Of a stretch of DNA of 29,837 nt, positions 27,616 to 29,837 are shown piece after piece. How positions within the stretch are numbered: position 1 is the stretch's first letter; every line of letters starts with the position of its first letter. The notes beneath the pieces were generated by a model. That model saw only the letters and a list, made by a program, of their open reading frames with translations, was not told where the DNA came from and did no database searches. Source of the stretch: Promethearchaeota archaeon (GTDB taxonomy: Archaea > Asgardarchaeota > Lokiarchaeia > Sigyniarchaeales > SOKP01). The DNA lies in NCBI GenBank assembly GCA_008080735.1, contig SHMW01000052.1:1-29837 (forward strand), written 5' to 3'. The translations under genes were made by a program, and so were the position numbers.

Positions 27616-28380
27616 ATGAATGAGAATGTGATTTATGAAAAGAAAGGAGATATTGCTGAAATTATTTTAAACAAACCAGAAAAATCAAATACCTTAGATT
27701 TACCAACTCTAAACGGATTAATTCAAGCCTATGAACAAAGTGCGGAAAACGAGGATGTATGTGTAATCTATCGCGCGAAAGGGAAGCATTTCACCGTGGG
27801 AGCCGACTTAAAATATGGATATAATCTTCTCACGGATGATACGCGGATGGAAGAAGCAGTTAGATTCCTTGAATCGTGGCAAATATTGACCAGAAAAATG
27901 CTTGCTCATCCCGGAATTATAATTGTAGGATATCACGGATGGGTAATTGGAGGGGGGTTTGAACATACTCTAGGATGTGACCTACGGATTGCCGCGGATG
28001 ATACTCGAATTATGTTGCCGGAATTAGGTGCGGGACTGTTCTTCTCCAATGCCTCAACTAAATTACTCCCTCGGATAATAGGGGAAGGAAGGGCAAAAGA
28101 ATTAATGTTATTGGGAGAGGAAATATCAGCTCAAAGAGCATATGAGATTGGTTTGGTGAATAAAGTATGTAAACCTTCAGGATTATATAGAATTTTAAAA
28201 AAAATAGCGAATACCATTACACAAAAAGGAAGATTAGCCCTAAAATATACTAAATCTTATGTGAATGAAAATCAGAATATGGATATCGAAGGTGTTTTGA
28301 CACGGGAATCGGTGGCAATGATAACGACAGGAAGATCAGATGAAGTGAAAAAAAGGTTAGAGCGCTTTGCTCATAGATAA
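27616..28380 (+). CDS. Enoyl-CoA hydratase/isomerase (crotonase) family
   Basis: LNKPEKSN, FTVGADL, VIGGGFE..LGCDLRIA, LPE..AG, AYEIGLVN; both catalytic Glu are present. Confidence 0.93.
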   Translation: MNENVIYEKKGDIAEIILNKPEKSNTLDLPTLNGLIQAYEQSAENEDVCVIYRAKGKHFTVGADLKYGYNLLTDDTRMEEAVRFLESWQILTRKMLAHPGIIIVGYHGWVIGGGFEHTLGCDLRIAADDTRIMLPELGAGLFFSNASTKLLPRIIGEGRAKELMLLGEEISAQRAYEIGLVNKVCKPSGLYRILKKIANTITQKGRLALKYTKSYVNENQNMDIEGVLTRESVAMITTGRSDEVKKRLERFAHR

Positions 28381-28419
28381 TTTATTTTTCTTCTTTTTTA
28401 TTTTGGAATTTATGAATCA

Positions 28420-29409
28420 TCAGATAATATTGAGTTTTTGAAGAAGCCCGCTAATTAATATTGGCAACGCAATTGTCGCATCACACCACACACTTACATA
28501 TCTCGAATCTAAGGAATATTTCCCCCATGATTTCGATTCTGAGATTGTACACCCTGATAATCCACCATCAAACTCTGCAGCGGTATGTATCCGCACTGAA
28601 TAATTATATCCCATTGTCTCAATCTTATCAAGCTGATCTAAAAGAGGAAAGACTTGCTGAGCCCAATTTCTTGGTACACCCCCTCCGATAATAATTGTCC
28701 CATATTCCTCAGAATTACGAATGATGTCAGCGAATTTTAGTACATCCTTTAAAATATCAAATTGAAATTGATACCCTTCTCGCACAGAGTACTTGATGAG
28801 ATTTAACGCAAATTCAGAATCAGTGAAGGCAGGTACAAATATAGGAATCTGGTTTTTAGTCGCTACTGAAATTATGGACCGTTTATTCATATTCTTTCCA
28901 AGTTCATAGAACAATTCTGAAGGAGTAATGGCAATGACTTTTTGATGAAAGGTTGATTGAATTAGTTCAAAAATCCCATCTTCAGCTCTTTTATAATTTT
29001 CCTCTGGGAGAAAGACATCATAAATACGATTTATTCTATTTTCAAAAAGGTCCCCATCATCAACTTCTGAACTTCCCACATAATGTCCCACATTGGAAAA
29101 GGTATCAACTAGATCATGAATCAGGTTTGCTCCCGTCGATACAATCACATCAATTAATTGATATTCCATCAATGTGCAAATGATTTCTCCCATCCCCGCG
29201 GGAACCATTGCTCCCGATAAAGTGAGTACGGTGAGAATTCCATCATCTGACACCATTTTATAGAGAATTTCCAATGCTCTACCTAAATTTCTCCCTTGAA
29301 ATCCACAGTCTTGAAGTTTCACCAATAAATCTAAAATCGTATCGCCTTTTTTTATCTCAAATGGGACGATTTTTCTGCTTAGATAATCTTCCTTTTTTTC
29401 TTGAGTCAT
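28420..29409 (-). CDS. dys: Deoxyhypusine synthase
   Basis: GFQGRNLG, LSGAMVPAG, STGANLIHD, NRIYDVF, PAFTDS, IGGGVPRNW, DGGLSG...ESKSWGK with the catalytic Lys, CDATIALP. Confidence 0.93.
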   Translation of the reverse strand: MTQEKKEDYLSRKIVPFEIKKGDTILDLLVKLQDCGFQGRNLGRALEILYKMVSDDGILTVLTLSGAMVPAGMGEIICTLMEYQLIDVIVSTGANLIHDLVDTFSNVGHYVGSSEVDDGDLFENRINRIYDVFLPEENYKRAEDGIFELIQSTFHQKVIAITPSELFYELGKNMNKRSIISVATKNQIPIFVPAFTDSEFALNLIKYSVREGYQFQFDILKDVLKFADIIRNSEEYGTIIIGGGVPRNWAQQVFPLLDQLDKIETMGYNYSVRIHTAAEFDGGLSGCTISESKSWGKYSLDSRYVSVWCDATIALPILISGLLQKLNII

Positions 29410-29719
29410 TTTTATTTTGCGTATTATTCTTCTTTAGGATAAAAGCTTTCTTATAATTTAAATGTATGGGTATAAGCTCAAAATTATTCTCACGTTGTTA
29501 GCCAATTGGTATGCCTTCAATGTAAAGATAATTTAATTCTTTATAGATTAATTTTAAACGTTAAGAGAAGATTAAACGCTTCCAACTTTCATTTTGATTT
29601 GTATTAATCGTTTTAATTATGTTTATATACGTAATACTGGTTGGAATATGGATAGATTTAAATTTTTTAAAAAAATAATTATATTATAGTCTATTGGTTT
29701 TTATATAGGTGTCTAAATT

Positions 29720-29837
29720 ATGTCACTTGTACCGAAAAAAATATTTTTTGTAAAAGGTAAGGGGTTTCATCAATCCAAGCTTGCTTCTTTTGAAGAAGCG
29801 CTCAGAGACGCTGGTATTGAACGATTCAATCTTGTGC
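29720..29837 (+). CDS. pdaD: Pyruvoyl-dependent arginine decarboxylase, 5' part (runs off the window)
   Basis: Manual translation [39 protein letters not shown] matches the PdaD N-terminus; SD-like AGGTG upstream. Confidence 0.88.
   Translation, partial: MSLVPKKIFFVKGKGFHQSKLASFEEALRDAGIERFNLV

Noticed and set aside
18355-29456. Short overlapping ORFs within larA, tfb, proS, the DedA gene, acyl-CoA ligase, dys and nearby hypotheticals, plus 23672-23863 minus
   Set aside because: Shadow frames; the opposite or overlapping frame is better supported.
29410-29719. Hidden gene or riboswitch in the dys-pdaD gap
   Set aside because: Very AT-rich, no convincing ORF or stable stem noticed; consistent with divergent promoters.
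1-29837. CRISPR array, tandem repeat array, or selenocysteine read-through at TGA stops
   Set aside because: No regularly spaced repeats seen by eye. The TGA-ending genes with a recognisable family look complete at their stops, and no convincing SECIS was seen. A dedicated scan was not possible.

Overview
AT-rich archaeal chromosomal window, most likely from an Asgard archaeon (Lokiarchaeia-like). This is inferred from archaeal-type TFB, ProRS, deoxyhypusine synthase and pyruvoyl arginine decarboxylase, plus a stand-alone longin-like protein and several zinc-ribbon hypothetical proteins. In order it contains: a partial PD-(D/E)XK nuclease ORF missed by the ORF track; a heterodimeric ABC exporter; a Zn-ribbon protein; an EF-G-like GTPase fused to a YqgF/RNase H-fold nuclease; a heliorhodopsin; hypothetical proteins; a dual-specificity phosphatase behind a GlpA-like three-gene oxidoreductase cluster; a longin-like protein; an NMO/FabK-like flavoprotein; a FAD/Fe-S 2-hydroxyacid dehydrogenase with larA; a ~290-bp non-autonomous IS200/IS605 (tnpB) derivative; TFB; proS; a DedA/VTT protein; an MBL hydrolase; an acyl-CoA ligase and enoyl-CoA hydratase; DHS; and the start of pdaD. 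The best candidate for an undescribed system is the translational GTPase-YqgF nuclease fusion (4974-7313). Second is the miniature tnpB element that keeps the omega-RNA region next to the larA stop codon. All calls come from motif reading only; no searches were run.
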